Shown piece after piece: positions 11,571-25,074 of a stretch of DNA of 64,000 nucleotides; the stretch's first letter is position 1, and the number at the start of each line of letters is the position of its first letter. The notes beneath the pieces were generated by a model. It was not told the origin of the DNA. It saw only the letters and a program-made list of their open reading frames with translations, and made no database searches. Source of the DNA: Octopus bimaculoides (Eukaryota); NCBI RefSeq assembly GCF_001194135.2, contig NC_069004.1:34234608-34298607 (forward strand), written 5' to 3'. A program made the translations under genes and the position numbers.

Positions 11571-13814
11571 TATTTCCGCTGCCTTTAAATAAANNNNNNN
11601 NNNNNNNNNNNNNNNNNNNNNNNNNNNNNNNNNNNNNNNNNNNNNNNNNNNNNNNNNNNNNNNNNNNNNNNNNNNNNNNNNNNNNNNNNNNNNNNNNNNN
11701 NNNNNNNNNNNNNNNNNNNNNNNNNNNNNNNNNNNNNNNNNNNNNNNNNNNNNNNNNNNNNNNNNNTATATATTTGCGTGTGTGTGACATTATGTTTTCC
11801 GCCTACTGCTCAACAAACGGTGTTGGGGTTTTTTTCGCAAAAGATCCGATAGAATAAGTACCAGACTGAAAGAATACGCACTTGGGCCGATTTGTTAAAC
11901 TAAACCCTTCAAAGCAATGCCCCAGAACGGCCACAGGTCAATGGCTGAAACAAGTAATATATATATCAACACAAAAGCATGCGCTGCTCCAATGGCGAAT
12001 ACACTGATCGAAAGCTCTGACTTGAAAGCCACAGAAGCCGATCAGCTGGCCAGACAAGCACAGTATCCGTGTCTGCGCAATTTTATGATAATGAATTCAC
12101 AAAGTAAAAAATAAAATAAATTAAACAAGTATTTATTTATTTATGACTAACGGACCTCTCAGAAAATAATATTTACCATAATATTTAGTTAATGCTCAAT
12201 ATTTGCATATTTCTTATGTGGCTGAATTTCGTATCTGAGAACGATTATCTATTTCATATACGAAACGATGTGGGACAGTTTTATGATAAATAATAGCAGT
12301 TTCTAGAATATAGACATACTGACATAATTATTGCTGCACACTTTAGTGCAGTTCTTCAAATAAACATTGATTGAAAGTTATTTTATTGCTAATTAAAACC
12401 GTAGATACGATACAGTTAATTTTAAAACTTTAGCTCATAAATATTTCATGAATTTAAATTAAAATTTTAATTATGCTTAAGAGGTATATTTTATTGATTA
12501 TAAAACCATGATTAAATTTTAACATTCTTTCAGATTTTTCTGTAAATTCTGTTCATTATCTGAAGTAAATAAATTGGTAATGAGATCTGAATCTTTGAAC
12601 ACGAATTCTTTGGAATCTTGGCTGACGCTTTCCACAGCAAATTTACTATTGCGTTTATTATATTTGAGATTCCACATGTTGTAATGGTAACTCCTGCTTT
12701 TCGCTCATTGGACTGCAGTCATTCTGAGCACCGTTTTGATGGGCTGAAGTCGAAGAAATCGGCTCCCGGTACCTACGTTTTTCGTTTTTCATGTTTGTCT
12801 GGTACCTAAGTTCTGAACTTTGGATAGCACACCATATGGCATTTCATACGAAACTCAGCTTAGAGATTCGGATCAAATGTCATGTGGTATTTTATCCAAA
12901 ACTTCTACGAATATCCCAACACTAGTCTCCAATGTAAACAATAAATCACTGACTACTACACAATTAATATATGGGATAAGCATAAATATGCGCGACATGT
13001 TCAAGTATTTTCTAGATGAATATTCATTGTTCATATAATGTGATGCATAAATTATAGCCATAAGGTAGAACATAACTAAAACATTCTCGATTATCGAGAA
13101 CAACCCCGTTAGAACCATTTCTATGTTTGGTGGCCAATCTAGAAACTCGGAAAATAGAGGCTTAATACAGAATTTTGACCGAAAATTCTTAAGAAGGACT
13201 TGTCTACAGAGTAGACTTGTACACTACAATTCAAGGTAACATGTAGCCTGTTTGTGTTCCGATCCAGATCACCCATGATTGGTTAGATCTGTAACAAATG
13301 ACAATAGTCAAAGAATCTTGTTTATAATTCTGACGTAGTGTATCTAAGATTCCATTATCAAATGTCGCCTTCAGTTTTTTACACCATGGAGTGAGATTTC
13401 AAATCGATACGATTGTTATTTTTTGTAGGTCAAGCGACCGTTTTTTTCCTTTTTATATGAATTCAATAACTTTAAAGTTGCAGTATATGAACAGATGTAG
13501 GTGGAAGGTGAGATAAAATAATGAGAGAAATTAAAAATGGCAAAAAGTTTTTCAGAGGAATTTAAACGTTAAATTATTGAGTTTGGTGAAACTAGTTACC
13601 TTTTTTGTCTTTGGTTACTTCCATTCCTTCTTTTCTCATTAAGTTACTCAATCTGTGAGTGCTGAGCTCAGACAGCGGCAATATGTGGTCCGTAATTAGA
13701 TGTCGCAATATTAACTGTAATAGATAAATAGGGAAGATGCAACTTAGAGGACATAATAATGATAATAATAATAATAATGATGATTATAAATAAAATAAAC
13801 ATTAAATGACATAC

Positions 13815-14030
13815 AGCAACATAAAAGACAAAAACGGGACGATACAATGTGTTGTACCTCGTGTAAAGAATAAAAAACAAGTAAATTAAACAAGTAAAAC
13901 TCCCAATAGGAGAGGCGCTTTAAGGTCCTCGTGGAAAAGCCCACAAAAGCCAGGGGTGCTTGATCAACAGGGCAAGAGCCCTTTTATTTCTCACAGATAT
14001 ATACTCCAGCATTCACTCTCTTCCAACAAG
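13815..14030 (-). mobile_element. Interspersed repeat, probably a LINE 3' end (copy 1)
   Basis: Shares gcgctttaaggtcctcgtggaaaa.cccacaaa.gcca and aacagggcaagagcc with 15535-15790. Terminates in (TAA)n-like sequence. The family assignment is inference. Confidence 0.6.
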
Positions 14031-14123
14031 CTTACTAGAAGGCAACACTTGGCGGAATTGGCTGAGGACATTGGGTAAAAAATATAATGGAAGAAAGGAC
14101 AAGGAATTCCAAATCGAATTTAC

Positions 14124-14289
14124 CTTTGATCTTTCGTAAACTGGTTCTTGGAGAATCGACGTAATTTTCTCCAATGAATGGTACTTCAGAGCCATATTGC
14201 CAGGAACGAAGAACGTGAACTTTCCCTCATCGTTGAGGAATTGGTCGGAAATGTCTGTGAGAGCATCTGTAACCAGAGTTGAAATTTGA
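14124..14289 (-). CDS. FAS1/fasciclin-domain protein, exon (start of last FAS1 domain; phase 2->0)
   Basis: Acceptor tttctttgtctttgcag, donor GTAAAT. 166 nt encoding QISTLVTDALTDISDQFLNDEGKFTFFVPGNMALKYHSLEKITSILQEPVYERSK. FTFFVPGN is an H1 motif. Joins the 41644 exon (AG+T = Ser) across a ~27.4 kb intron. Confidence 0.9.
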
Positions 14290-14758
14290 CTGCAAAGACA
14301 AAGAAAATGAGAGTAACTTTAATTATGCGTATATTTGATATACATACATATGTGCTTATAAATACGTGTGCATTATGTGTTCTGTGTGTGTGTATGTATG
14401 TATGTGTGTATATAAATGTAAATATATAGGTACCAAACATATGTATATATGCATGGCTGTCAATGCATTTGCACAAATATATAAGCACACAAATGCATGT
14501 ATACGAATGTGAATAGATATAGAATAATGTATATTTGTTTAATACTTATTTACATATTTATTCTCATATTGTTCTTTTATATTTGTTCGTGCACAACCGT
14601 AGATAATTTCAATTAAAGACCACAAATTATACATTCACAGAACAAAAATATATTCACGCTTAAACATACTCTGGTATGCAATGGGACACAACACACACAA
14701 ACATTCAAATGCACATACACTCACATACATGCAAACAGAATTAGTATATATGAACACA

Positions 14759-14798
<40 letters not shown>

Positions 14799-15292
14799 AA
14801 AATGAAAAAAAAGCCAGAATGCTGAACTGGGAGCATAATTTAATAAAGATTTTTTCTAACCGGTTTTCATTGCGATGAAGCAAATTATCAAGAAGAAGGA
14901 GAATGAAAATGTTTTTTTACAAAGAAGTACAAAATGAAGAAAATAATATATAAAACAATAATATATAAAAAAAAAAAATATACCCATACATTATATTAAC
15001 ACAACCCCACTATTTACTGACATATATATATATAATGTCTGTGTGTTGTTCTCCTCTAACATTTGTCAAACGCATTGAACTGTGTCTGTATAGATCAGTG
15101 ATCAATGAAGCTAAGAATAAAAGAAGCTGAACGCTCTAAACAACCTCGTCATCATCATCACCACATCCATCATCGATTTCATCCTCATCACTTATCATTG
15201 TTATCTGTATCATCATGACCATCATAATAATCATAAAATATCATCGCCATTATCGTAATAGTAGTAATAATAATAATAATAATAATCCTTGC

Positions 15293-15499
15293 TACTATAG
15301 ACACAAGGCCTGAAATCTGGCTGAGGAGGATAGTCAATTACATCGACCCCAGTATTTAACTGGTACTTAATTTATCGACCCCCGAAAGGATGAAAGGTGA
15401 AGTCGACCTCGGCGGAATTTGAACTCAAAACGTAGCGACGGGCGAAATACCGCAAAGCATTTCGTCCAGCGTGCTAACAATTCTACCAGCGCGCCGCCT
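15293..15499 (-). mobile_element. tRNA-derived SINE, dominant family (Nin-like central block gtcgataaa.taagtaccag)
   Basis: Minus strand ggcggcgcgctggtagaattgttagcacg...gagttcaaattccgccgaggtcgact...ggggtcgataaattaagtaccagtt; sits in (TAA)n. Confidence 0.85.
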
Positions 15500-15534
15500 T
15501 AATAACAACAACAATAATAATAATAATTTATTCT

Positions 15535-15790
15535 TTTACTGGCCACAAGGGCTCACATATAATAACTTTAAAAGACATATAACAACATTAAAGACAAAAA
15601 CAGGACGATAGAATGGGTTTTCGCGTGTACACAATATAAATAAGTTAAAAATTAAACAAATTAAACTCCCGAAAGGGGAAGCGCTTTAAGGTCCTCGTGG
15701 AAAAACCCACAAAGCCACGGGTGTCCGAAAAACAGGGCAAGAGCCTGTTGCATGCTCAGAATTGGTCCTTTCACACTGGCCATTCTTCCA
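15535..15790 (-). mobile_element. Interspersed repeat, probably a LINE 3' end (copy 2)
   Basis: Same-orientation homolog of 13815-14030. Confidence 0.6.
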
Positions 15791-15804
15791 ACATTAATAA
15801 TAAT

Positions 15805-16020
15805 GGTTTCAAATTTTGACAGAAGTTCAGCACTTTTTTAAGAGTGAGTAGTCAAGACGATCACATTGATCCCCGTGCCCATTTAAGACCTATTTTAACG
15901 ACCTCGAAAGGACGGAAGGCAAACTCGACTTCAGCGATATTTGAACTCAGAACGTAGAGAGCCAGACGAAATTCTGCCAAGCATTTTGACCGGTGCAGTA
16001 ACGGTTCTGCCAGCTTGACT
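15805..16020 (-). mobile_element. SINE, dominant family, diverged
   Basis: ctggcagaaccgtt...ttctgagttcaaat...gtcgtta on the minus strand. Confidence 0.7.
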
Positions 16021-16027
16021 TTAAGAG

Positions 16028-16170
16028 CAGTGGCTCCCGACTTTTTCACAGTGGCTCCCGACCCTTTTATTTAAAATGTGTTTTAATATGATTATATATA
16101 TATATATATTGCATTTAATTCACGGACCCCCCGTACTACTTCTGCAGGCAACCAGGGGTGGGAATCACTG
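16028..16170. mobile_element. Short hAT-like MITE with a duplicated left end
   Basis: cagtggctcccgac at 16028 and again at 16049; right end ggtgggaatcactg is the inverted counterpart. No clear TSD. Confidence 0.5.
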
Positions 16171-16762
16171 ATCTTCAGGTTATATAAAAAAAATATTTCT
16201 TTTATAATTATGAAGCATCTAGTAATGTCTGTGCACCATACATATACGACCGAACAACCCCCCCCCCACACACACACAGCTGAACACACGTGAATAACAT
16301 TTCCCCTCCTCCTCCTCTCTTACACGCTCTCTCCTGTCTCATCAATTCTTATATATGTATGTACGTGTGTATGTGTGTGTATACGCACAGAATGTACGGC
16401 TTTATGTATGTATTGAATATAAAAGCATGAGAGAACCTTTTTGATGTTGATCGGTCTATTATTGTTTTATGTAAATTCGATGCAACTATTGGACCATAAC
16501 AGTAAATTCCATGTCCAAGAGAAGTTCTTTGTATAAAAGAGAAACGGGCAGAAACAGACCTGCTATTAACGAAGGATTTTGATTTTGTGTTTCTATTATA
16601 TCTACATCCGGTTGAGCATGCGTAGCTTTGGGTCTACACCTATCTAAAATATTTCCCCATGTTTGAGTTAAACACACATATATATGCACACTAACAAATA
16701 GCCTTCTCTCAGCCTCTCTCGCCATATCTTACTATATATCCATTCATCTTCGTGCGTGTGTT

Positions 16763-16801
<39 letters not shown>

Positions 16802-16862
16802 GCACACATATCCCCCTCTCTGTCCCTCTGTATCTATCTATCTAAACATACACTTATCTCTT

Positions 16863-16922
<60 letters not shown>

Positions 16923-17876
16923 GAAATATACACACACATATCCATTCCGCTCTCTGTTTGTATATCTATCTAATCTATCTATCTATCTATCTACACACAC
17001 ACGTCTATATATTTAGACGCGCACACAGTCACACACAGCTATTCTTTTATATAGCTGTCACTACATCTTTACGTAAAGGCGATATGTACATATTGAATTC
17101 AGGATATTTATCACATCTCACTCCGTGTTCAGTCATCAATTAACATACTTGAGAAGATCAGATGTCCCCCTCTCCAGATGTCGATATTGGCAGATAAGAG
17201 ACGTGAGTTAGAATAGAGCATAGAGACGGCCATAAAAACAACCCGCTGACATGTTAACAATTATTTAAGTGCGCCATTGTTGAACTTAGAAAGCAGGACA
17301 TTTAAAAGATATGACCTGCCCAGGAACAACTACTGTGCATGTGTCGTAGTAGTAGTAGTAGTAGTAGTAGTTTTGCAATTGTATATAACTAAACTTTATA
17401 TCATCAATGATCAGCTATAACTGTACATGTCCTAACGAATTCATACCCACAAAACCGTACAAGGTAGACGTAGACGCACAGAAACGAAGATATTCGTTTC
17501 TCCTTTTATTGCTTTAAATCTTTCCACTCTGTTCATGATATGACATCGCCGTCAAAGGTGTTACTTAATTATATCGATCTCCATACTTAGATTGATAATC
17601 ATTTCTTGCCATCGATTTTTAGTGGTGATCGATCGGCGAATTTCACCTGTGTTACGGCTCTTTTTTTCTTTCTCGCCCCCATTGTTGGACATGAATACCA
17701 TACTGTATCTGCATCACTCAGAGAAACTCAGACGTGCAACCCCTCCCCACAACTCCACTCCCTCTTACTCACTCATGTATGTGTGTGTGGAGAGAGAGAG
17801 AGAGAGAGACAGAGAGAGAGAGAATTCATAATAGCCGTGATTAAGGATTCTGCTATGGGAACTACCTTGTGTGAGA

Positions 17877-17921
<45 letters not shown>

Positions 17922-18477
17922 TATATATATATGTGTAATTTTCCGATCTCGTAACTGTGTTAGTCCACAATTAACAAAAACAATAATGATGAGACCAAAA
18001 GTCATTATAGACTGATTTTATTCAAGTATTTACGACGTTGCCGATGTTGATTCAGAAAAAGCGAATCTTCACCAATCTTTCCAACTTTATAATATTACGC
18101 CAGGGAATTTATACAATAGCTACGGAATTACCCAAATTCTGAAATCTTGTAAAGTTACACAATCAATTGAACTGATAAATCTTAGACCAAATCATTGTTC
18201 TCTGTTGAAACTTAATTAATGATCTAATGACCTAAAAATTTCTTTCAAGTAAACTTCATTACTTTTCTATTGCTACAATGGCCTTTATTTTAACCTTTTT
18301 TACCGTTTTCAGTTAAACTACTTACATATTCTCATATTCAAAACATATTCTAGATTAGATTACATAACCGTATACATCTATTTATTAATACGTGTAACTG
18401 CATCTTTAAAAAACATTCATTTTCCTTTCTACTTTTAGTTTATTTCACTCAAATGTTACTCTACAATTATCCGTATC

Positions 18478-18770
18478 AATTTTTCCTGTACTCACGAGCA
18501 TATCGGGCAGTAAGTTGACGCCATTGGTTTCTGTCTGTTGTTGTATTCTCGATCTCCGACCATGTGGTATTGGCCTTTCTCATGACGGTTTCGAATTTTC
18601 TACGCCATGCAGTTTTCAATCCCTCCTTTCACACAGTAATGTCATTTAAAATGACGTCGTTCTGGTGGCCGGAATATGTGACCTGTTAGATTTAATCTCC
18701 GTTCTGTTAGGATTTGAATAAGTGCTCTTGGCTTTCTATAGAATGTGTTCATTGGTTATGTGGTTTCACC
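18478..18770 (-). pseudogene. RTE-type LINE ORF2 C-terminal remnant
   Basis: Frameshifted HITNEHIL / LTERRLNLTGHIFR / GLKTAWRRKFETVMRKANTTWSEIENTTTDRNQWRQL. Matches the RTE motifs RRL.W.GH..R and K.TW.R...W...E..A.DR..WR. Confidence 0.75.
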
Positions 18771-19043
18771 ATTTAATTATAGTCTAGCTTATATTCCAAC
18801 ACATTTGCTTTCACATTGTTTCAAATTTGATACGACGTTTCCTTTCGGTTATTTGATTAAATAATACTATTGTTTCATCATTGACAAAAATGTCTGTAAA
18901 TAACATTCCACATATATACATTACTAGAATGACCTAAATGTGTCGAAAATATTGTAGCTTAAAATATATGTTTTGCTTCGTATATAAAAACAAAGATATT
19001 AAGAATCGGAAATATATGACAGATTTCATGTGATAGTCCTAAG

Positions 19044-19074
<31 letters not shown>

Positions 19075-19429
19075 TTATACGAAAAGGGAACGCTATTGTG
19101 TATTAAAAAGGTGCTGTCTTGCAGTGAATTGATATTTTGTAGTTTAAAATTTGAATAATAAAAAATATGATTAAAACTACAATTTGGTGTATTAGGATTT
19201 TTAAGAATTTTCTAGACAGAATTTTCTAGACAGCGTAGCCTTTAATAATTACTTTCTTTTAGATGAATTTACAGACACCAAATTAATCGCGCAGCTTCCT
19301 TTATAATGGTATTCATAGTAGTTCTGCCAGTCTTTACTTGAAAGAGAATGATATGGTAACATGTACCTGGCTTTTGTTAGCCATTTTAAGTGCTTAGGTA
19401 GTCGTGGCTAGATATTCACAATTACTCAG

Positions 19430-19650
19430 TTCCTCCCCTTTCTTGACGGAGCTAAACATCCAGGATGTGACAGATCGATAAACAGAGTTGTATCAGCACA
19501 CTGGTTGTGCACGGTTACAGCTGAGTAAACTGCAGCTAGGTATAATGAAGCAGCTTGATCGAGATCACAACACACAGCCCGGTCCGCAAATCGAACCCAT
19601 GACATTGCAGTCATTAGTTGAATATCCTAACCACTTCGCACTGCATCGTT
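19430..19650 (-). mobile_element. Diverged tRNA-headed SINE
   Basis: gtggttaggatattc...gggttcgatttgcggaccgggctgtgtgttgtg on the minus strand; a similar decayed copy lies at about 62890-63130. Confidence 0.6.
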
Positions 19651-20022
19651 AGATACGATACCGTTTAAACGTGCACTAAATCGCTCGGCGTAGCAACACA
19701 CGTTCAGTATTTTGTTAAATTTAAAATATTAATGTTTTATATATTTTTACACCGGTTTACACCCGTTAGCTAGTATAAGCTATTTTGCATACCTTATTTA
19801 AACGTGGAATATTTTCTCTATCTCTTTTACTTTTATGTTTTAGAATTTTTAATCCATAATAATGTTGCTTTTTTTAATTATTTAAAGTTTAGCTTTGTTT
19901 CCTTCGCTGTATTCATTTTCACACATTTTCCGATAGTTTGCTTTTGTACGGTTTCTTTATGTCGTCTTTCATTAAATAATGCATTTGTTTGTCATCGTAC
20001 CCTCAAATTGCTTTTACTAATT

Positions 20023-20064
<42 letters not shown>

Positions 20065-21481
20065 CAAGCGAATATACACATTGTTATACACGCATATACA
20101 TACAGACTTAACGCAGTCCTTCTGAAGATAATGTTATAATGCGGTTATGCAAATATTTTAAATTAAAATATTAATTGAAATACAAATTTTCAAGAATATC
20201 TTAAAAAACATTAACTGTTACCTTAATACTTCTATGAATGTTCACAGCTTTATTTATTTTTTTTCAAATTTATTACCTTCGCAGATTTACATATATAACA
20301 TTAAAACGACTTTCCCTAGAAATGTTTACACATATTTCTCATTTCTAAACCACACCACCGACCAGCGTTGGTATAAATTTGATTTAATATTTTATGAACC
20401 AGATGAAATCTTTCAATAAAATTTTCAATAAAGTTACAACTTTATATAACCATTTATTTTGGTGGATTCCTGGCATTTTGGTCTTTTTTTTTAATTACAA
20501 TTCATAGCTAAAGTTATTAATCTTGCGCAATAGTGTGTAGAAATGTACAGGAAAAAGTGATCCACATGATATATATATATACATGGTATCTGTGTATGTA
20601 TATAAAATTTACTCCCACATATATGTGTGTGTGTATATATATGTATATAAAATTTACTCAAAAATGTATAAATGTATATATATATATATATATATGTTTG
20701 TGTGTGTGTATACAGTCCTTACAGTGCGATTGGAGATAGAAATTGTCCAGTCCAAATGTATGCAAACACTTCTTGAAAAGATCACTGCTTGACGGAAAAC
20801 TTGCACTTGTTTCAGTTGCAAAAATCTTTCAATATCGTTTTATTTCAGTAAACTCCATTCAGACGAACACGTGCTTAGATAAAAAAAAAACCCAAAAAAC
20901 AAACATTTCGTTTGCTTCAGTGTATATAGAAAAAGTGAAGGGAAAAGAGGCCACGTCTTTTAGTATCTGGATCCGTAAGCTTATTATTAATTGGGTGAAA
21001 TAACAAATAACAAACGATTCCCTCAGATTAATTGATTTCAAGAATGGGGCCCGGTGTAAATCATAATTAGCTGGGTTACGACTCTGAACTCAAGCTGGGA
21101 ATATATATTTGAAAGAATATTTAAGGAAAAAAATTTATCCTGTATGGTTATCTACCTATTTATCTATCTATGGATATCTATTTATCCTTATATCTATCTG
21201 CCTATGGATATCTATCTATTTATCAATCTATGGATATGTCTGTCTGTCTGTCTGTCTATCTCTGTATTAAATAGTATATTTTTATTCGGGAAAAAATGTT
21301 TTATATATGGTGACAAGTATTCTATATTCTGTTATTATTTGAGGCCATTCTTCTCACTTCTTTGATTCATATAAAGTCATAGCCACAACTACCTGTTGAC
21401 ACATTGTGTACACTCTGAGGGTGAACATCTCGATCAAACGTAGTTGAAATTCCGCTGCTTAGATTAATGAGCCAATGTGTA

Positions 21482-21516
<35 letters not shown>

Positions 21517-22171
21517 ATGCTCTTGTGTGTATGAATATATAAAAGCACGCAAACACATGCATAAATATATATACATACAGGAATATGCATGGACACTTCT
21601 ACATACATATACATACATAAACACATGGATATATGTACACACATAATATATACACATTTATAAATAAAAATATAAGCGTAGATATGAATATGCACACAAC
21701 CTGCACTGATGTGGGGTGGCAATAGAACAATGTGCTTGGGAGGAAGTGGGTGAAAAAGGAAACGAAAGTTGCGTGGAAGCTTGCGCTAAACGTTTAATTG
21801 AACCAAATAAAAACAACAACAACACTTTAAATGCGGCTAAAGTTGATGAGGAAATCCATATTTTATTGTTAATGTTTATCTTGAACCGGTTGACACCGGA
21901 ATATTTCATTGAGCGTTACTGCCTGTACTGGGTGACCTTTCAACTTGTAACTGCTTCGACAATATAAATCGTTTAGCGTTTCCTTTACATAATACTACTA
22001 CTACTACTAATAATAATGAGTATAATATGATTACTATTATTATTATTACTATTACTATAACTGCTACAACTACTGTTCGTTGTAGTAGTATTTGTAGTAT
22101 TACTAACATTGCATGTGAATGTTTAATCTATGCACGGGTGTATATATATATATATGCACACACATGCATGC

Positions 22172-22239
<68 letters not shown>

Positions 22240-22509
22240 CTGTGGTAGATGGACGTATCACAGTGATAGCAATAATCAGTAAAGAGAGGACGCTCAAGCA
22301 TCAATGTTTAAGAAGTGTAGAGATAATGTGTTTATTAACGACTTACAAACATGGCCACATGTTGTGACTCTCGCATCTTCGGGAGAGAGTCGCAACAGAC
22401 CCCATAAAACAATCTCACATTTGTATGGAATAGCTCTCCTCTCTAATCGTTAACCAATAACGATATATATATCTATATATATATATATATATATATAGCA
22501 AAAATTTAG

Positions 22510-22660
22510 ATTCAGGTGAATATGGTGAATAACTTTTAAACCAGACGATAACAAAGGAAATCTACTGCGGGCGGCTTAAGTCAGCTAGAAGAAAAATGAC
22601 CATCTTTGGTTTCAAGACGATAGGTGTTCTTCCATCAGGATCATGCTCGGCCACCAAAAA
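22510..22660 (+). pseudogene. Mariner transposase fragment (frameshifted)
   Basis: NQTITKEIYCGRLKSARRK, then in the next frame VFFHQDHARP. This matches the mariner NQTI...YC..L / V.FHQDNARPH region around the second catalytic Asp. Confidence 0.7.
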
Positions 22661-24964
22661 TCGATATATGTTTCAGAGTTGCCCCTAATCTAAGGACCCA
22701 CATCGAAAATACATTTACCCGCTGGAGCATAGCTTCATTGCTAAAAGCTGTTTTAAGTACATACACACACACGTGGACCTTGAACTTAATCATAACGATG
22801 GGAGCATGGGAATATTCATTTATATATGAATATTACTATGTATGTGTGTTTATATAATATTATATATATATATATATATATTTACACGCACATACACACA
22901 ATGCAATGTTTGCAAATACTAAATTGGAGAGTGAGCAGATTTAAACTAAAAACTTTAAGCTCCAAAATGTCAGATCGAATTTACTCTTAGATTACATTCT
23001 TAATTTTCTAAGAAAAAAGTCTGTAAGTCAAAATACTCGATTGTGTATGTATGTATGTGTTTGTGCATGCTTTCCTGTTTGTGTGCATATGGCTAAAAAC
23101 AGAAAAGGAAGAAAAATAGAACCATCATAACCCTCGCAACGAATTCATATGAGACGCCATTTTAGTGATTTCAGCCTGTGTTAAATTCAATTTATGGTTG
23201 TAGGTTTTAACATGTCCAATATGATTATGCGTCAACTTAATTTTCATTTAAAAGGAAAAGGAACAAAAAATATATTTTAATATCAGTATTATGACTTTAG
23301 TCGTATTTAACTACAGTAATAATAATAATGAGAATTATAATGATAATAATAAGTGATTGCATATGAATAATGACATAGATAATAGTATGTCGATTATATT
23401 AAGCAACCATTCTACGTAATGAATGTGTGTGTGACCACGCGTCGCATCTCGTGCTAACATGGCATCACAGGTCGTACAAAAGTTGCTCTGTACCTACGTG
23501 TTTGCTAACGTTGCTCATTTACTCATGTGCGACACGGACCCTTTTGCAGGTATCATGCATGGATCCTTAGGGGACCCAGAAAAATGTGTAATTTTTTTTT
23601 TTTTTTTTTACGACATAAAGCTTTATGATGAGCTTTATGCGCGAAAGTCTCACCCCTTGGGTTACTTTTGTGACTTTATTACAGTGTAATACACACACAC
23701 ACACACGTACGTAAATATCGAACGATGAAAATGAGAGCTGAATGGATGGAATTTCTTTATTTGTGAATGATGGCTGCCAATGATTTCATGTTGAGCAAAA
23801 TAGAAAAATATCTTAATATCTTAACAATTTCTGAAGTCGATCACATGGAGGAATGGTGTTCATCTCCATTTTGGATAAAAGCATTATATATATATATATA
23901 TATGTCATCGGATAAGCTTATGTATTGCTGATCACAATGCGCTTTACATCGTTTTAGCTTTCGAATGATGTCATCGTGTGGTTCGGTGAGCGGGCCAGCA
24001 TTCCTTTTGATCTGAAGGTTTTCCGTTGCATCATTACACATTTACGGTTGAGTGGACGGGAGCATCGGGAAATAAATTGTTTTACTCGACAACATAACGT
24101 GCCATCCTGTCTCGAACTCGAATCGACCATATAGCGATCATGAATGCAACACCCTTAGCCACTTGGCCACTCAATTGCCACATATATCATTAACTGATGT
24201 TCTAATTTGGTCTTTTAGGTGAAAAATGCTAAGGAAATTTCTATTGGTCATCGAATTTTAGCAATAATTCTTTGACGCCACTTTTTTTTTTCCTGTTTTA
24301 ATCAATGCATTGTTTAGCGAATTTGGTCTCGAAGAGAAACTGGGACAATTTCTTTCCCAGACGGAAACAGAAATGGAGAAATATTTGCGGATATAATTTG
24401 TGTACTATTTACAAGTTTGAAGTAATATAAACAGATTTAGCAAAGTAATGTTATTTTTTTTTGTGAGTAGAGGTTTTTCCTTGTGTGTAATATACGTGTA
24501 TGTTTATGCGTTTTTCTCAATATGAATGCGTGTGGTTGCGATTCTGTGTGAATATGTCAATGTAAACGTGTGTGTGTGTGTGTGTGTAAGAAGATTGTGA
24601 GTCAGTGATCATGTTTCTAATACAGTATATACACCTGGTGCATGTATGTATATCAAGTTCTAACAAAAAATATGGCTTACCCAAATCTGTTTCTTTCTCA
24701 CTGTGTTCATCTAAGATATGTAAGTGTGCGTACGCATGTGTGTGTATATATGTGTATATATGTATATGTGTGTATATGTGTGTGTATATATATATATATA
24801 TTATATAAATATTCTTTCGTTTTAACCTTGTGGCTGCGGCCATGCTGGTGCACCGCCGGTGTAATCATATTTTAATTATATATATATATATATGTATGTG
24901 TGTGTATGTATGTGTATGATTATATGAGTGTGTGTATGTATGTGTATGATTATATGTGTGTGTC

Positions 24965-25006
<42 letters not shown>

Positions 25007-25074
25007 NNNNNNNNNNGTGTGTGTGTATGTATATATATATATATGTATGTATGTATATATATATGGTGGTTGTC

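Larger units (their letters stand above)
11419..11593. repeat. Near-perfect 83-bp inverted repeat (9-nt loop); probable inverted Penelope-like element terminus
   Basis: Arm 11419-11501 is the reverse complement of 11511-11593 with 3 mismatches, all transitions. It is flanked by (TA)n on the left and an N gap on the right. Confidence 0.9.

Noticed and set aside
12873-13160. LDWPPN...IIENV, faintly like the Tc1 WPP.SPDLNPIEN motif
   Set aside because: Spacing and core residues do not match and there is no other supporting motif.
18920-18965. ctagaatgacctaaatgtgtcgaaaatattgta resembling a decayed PLE hammerhead
   Set aside because: The core CUGANGA is not present and stem I is unsupported. Look-alikes at 17985 and 49354 lack GAAA.
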